A stretch of 64,000 nt of DNA, from NCBI GenBank assembly GCA_046563655.1, contig CM102285.1:930001-994000 (forward strand), written 5' to 3'. The notes below the pieces were generated by a model. That model was given only the letters and a program-made list of their open reading frames with translations. It did not search any database and was not told the origin of the DNA. Every line of letters starts with the position of its first letter. The stretch's first letter is position 1. Source of the stretch: Yuukianura sp. NJ FZ-2021. Lineage: Eukaryota. Positions 61,539 to 64,000 of the stretch are shown here, piece by piece. The translations under genes and the position numbers were made by a program.

Positions 61539-62521
61539 GTTCAAACCAAAGGGAAGTTTGAAAAAATAGCGCCAATGTTAACAATGGTAAGGGTTGATAT
61601 TGGGTGATTCCGATTGTGAAAGCAGAACTTTTTTTTTGGTTTGAGTTTTGTTGTTAATTTAATTTGCTATGTAATTTTTGTTTTTCCTGCTTATGCTGTG
61701 ATTTTACCATTGCAAATATAATGCTGATGTAAATCACTTCAATATTACTTTTTGTGTATTTTGTTTTGATGTAATGGCATGGACTCTTTGAACAAATTGC
61801 GTGAAATTAGCTAATCATTGTTAAATAACCTACTCTAAAGTGTAATAACTATTTTAGAGAAAAACTAAAGCCAAAAATTAGCACTCGTTTCATTTGAAAA
61901 TTAGCCTCAAGTTGTGATTTGTAGCACTTTACTGTTTCTGTTCACTTGTAATTAATATTATATCGTAATTAATTTTTGTATTCAATTTAGCGTTGTATAT
62001 AATAATAAAAAATAAAATTCACATGCTGAATTGAACGGGAAAAGCGACATTAAAAATCATTTTCAAATTGAAACAGACCAAAAACACTTTGGAACAAATT
62101 ATACTTATTCGAAATTGAAAAAAAAATATATGCACCAAAGTTGCACTTGCCAAGTAAAAGCTCTTAAAAATTCCATGAGAAATGATATTTTCGAAACGAA
62201 CCGGAAAATTTTAACGGGGTTTGGCAGAATTTGAATAGCACACTTCATGTTTTGAAAAAAATTAAATTTTAAATTCTAAAAAACGTTTGAATTTTAAAAC
62301 TTGCGCAGCAGTAAGATAACACGACAGCACCCGGCAGTCGCATTGCAAGTACAAATCGTAAACTTGAAAAAGGGCAGTGTGATGATTAATGCTTGTTTTG
62401 TGTAACGATTGATAGATCACGACATTAGACACATGTTTTGGACAAGGGAAATACTTGACAGCATCCTTCGACGTCTTCTGCGAGGTTTGAAAACGCTGGC
62501 GTAGTGTTGATCGATTGAGTA

Positions 62522-63492
62522 CTAGGAGAAACGACGTTCCTCGTCACCCGGTTCCTTGTTAAGGTCAACGATGTTCAAATCAGGCTCTTTATCCAGTAAC
62601 TCAACTACACCGGAGTCTGTACTTTCCTTACGACTTGTGGAATTGTAGCCAGAGGCATTGTCACCACCATCCGGAACACCCAACGTCTGATTGGCTATTG
62701 ACAAGTTCCAGCGCTGATTTTGACTTGTCGTCTGATCCATCACTAAGAAAAGCTCCTTCTCCTTTGATTGCAACTCTTCTCGAAAAAATGTGAGCAGGTC
62801 TGAGGCCTACGATCAGAAACGAAAACGAATCGTTTTTAGTCAATCGTAAACTTTACAATTTAAACTTCCAATCTACCAAACCTACCTTTCCGATTAAGAC
62901 GGGTGACTCGAGCTTTGAGTCCAAATTGAAGTAATCTTCTCCGAATGCTCGAACGGCGTACCAGTGTTTCCGTTTTAGTGGAAGCGATATCCACCCTACT
63001 TTGCAATCTGTAGGTATGTTAAAGATGAATCCGTAAATGGCGGGAAGATTCAGTGTATCTGGGTCCCTGAAGAATAGAGCAAACGTTTTTATTACGTTTT
63101 TATTATACTGCTCTCATATCCAAATGCTAACTTTCGTTTTAAAAACTACGTCAAGGGCCTACTTTCTCTTGTCAAACCAAACTGCGTCGTAATTCTTCCC
63201 TTGCAGCGCTGTCATGATCACATTGATGTCGTAGTTCCCGAGTCCGAGCACAGACTTATGTGGGTTCACCCAAGAATCGGGGGCCAAGTTATCACAAATA
63301 CTGTCCAACTCGTTTTTCCTAAAATGCGGACCTTGGAACAAATTGTTCAAGGCGTGAAGGGCACACAAAGCTCGTACCTACAACAAATAACAGAGAGTTG
63401 ATTCAATTAATTCATGAAACAATGAGCATGAACAACGGAGCTTAACGTTCAGTTACCTGCTTCTCGTGATAAATCTCAGGAGTTGCTGACAT
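62522..63492 (-). CDS. Josephin-domain deubiquitinase (JOSD1/2-like); exons 63492-63457, 63377-63163, 63066-62886, 62806-62522
   Basis: [69 protein letters not shown] (Cys/His/Asp triad). Confidence 0.93.
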
Positions 63493-64000
63493 TGTATTCT
63501 GCAGTTCAGTTGCTCTCTCTGTTTATTATAGGCATTTATAAGTCCTTGACTTCATACTTTTTAAAAACAATTCCGTTTCAATTTGACTATGGAGTGAAGT
63601 GGAAGTTAACGTGTTAATGCGTTCGCGTTGCGTAGGCACTTGATGGCAATGTCACCGCTTCAAAGTCGCTCCGTAGGAGAATTGCGATTAACTTGAATTT
63701 ACTCAAACTCTCACAGTAAGTTGACTTCAGTAAATTTAATTTGGAACTGGAAGTACGTCAAAAACAATTTTTTATTTTTTATTTGAACTTTTCAATAAGT
63801 AGAAATCAGAATTGACCATTTAAATTTGGTGAAATATGTTTCGACAAATCAGACTAATACACTGATTCGCGTATTCCGCTGATTTAAGCTACTACGATGT
63901 TGGAGTAAGGAATACGTTTGCACATGTAACCACCGTCGCCAAATTTATAGCCATCCATTTAGTTTACAGGTAACAGTTTACAGACGTAGTTACAGATATC

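Overview
AT-rich eukaryotic (animal) genomic DNA with many short GT-AG introns and one 100-N assembly gap (7823-7922). The gene content and intron style suggest a soil hexapod such as a springtail; this is inference, not verified. Housekeeping genes: partial Gemin5/rigor mortis, sedoheptulokinase plus a MITE-disrupted 3' pseudogene copy, guanylate kinase, a choline-transporter-like SLC44 gene and a Josephin deubiquitinase. Secreted genes of microbial type: two tandem class-3 lipases, a beta/gamma-crystallin-type protein, a BP74-like protein and a bacillopeptidase-F-like subtilisin. Four paralogous F-box genes are present, with many non-autonomous transposons (hAT-like, Tc1-like, CAAGG-ended, DINE/Helentron-like, tRNA-derived). 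The most unusual part is about 33-61 kb, which looks like an innate-immunity island. It holds (i) a 9-exon gene joining a CARD-like N-terminus to an RPA70 DBD-C-type Zn-ribbon OB fold, an architecture analogous to AIM2; (ii) a nearly intronless ~1620-aa NACHT-pentapeptide-beta-propeller protein ending in a permuted papain (PPPDE/LRAT-like) peptidase motif, lying head-to-head inside an F-box array; and (iii) three paralogous secreted 4-Cys peptides. All exon models were built by eye from splice signals and reading frame, and all family assignments come from motif recognition without database searches.
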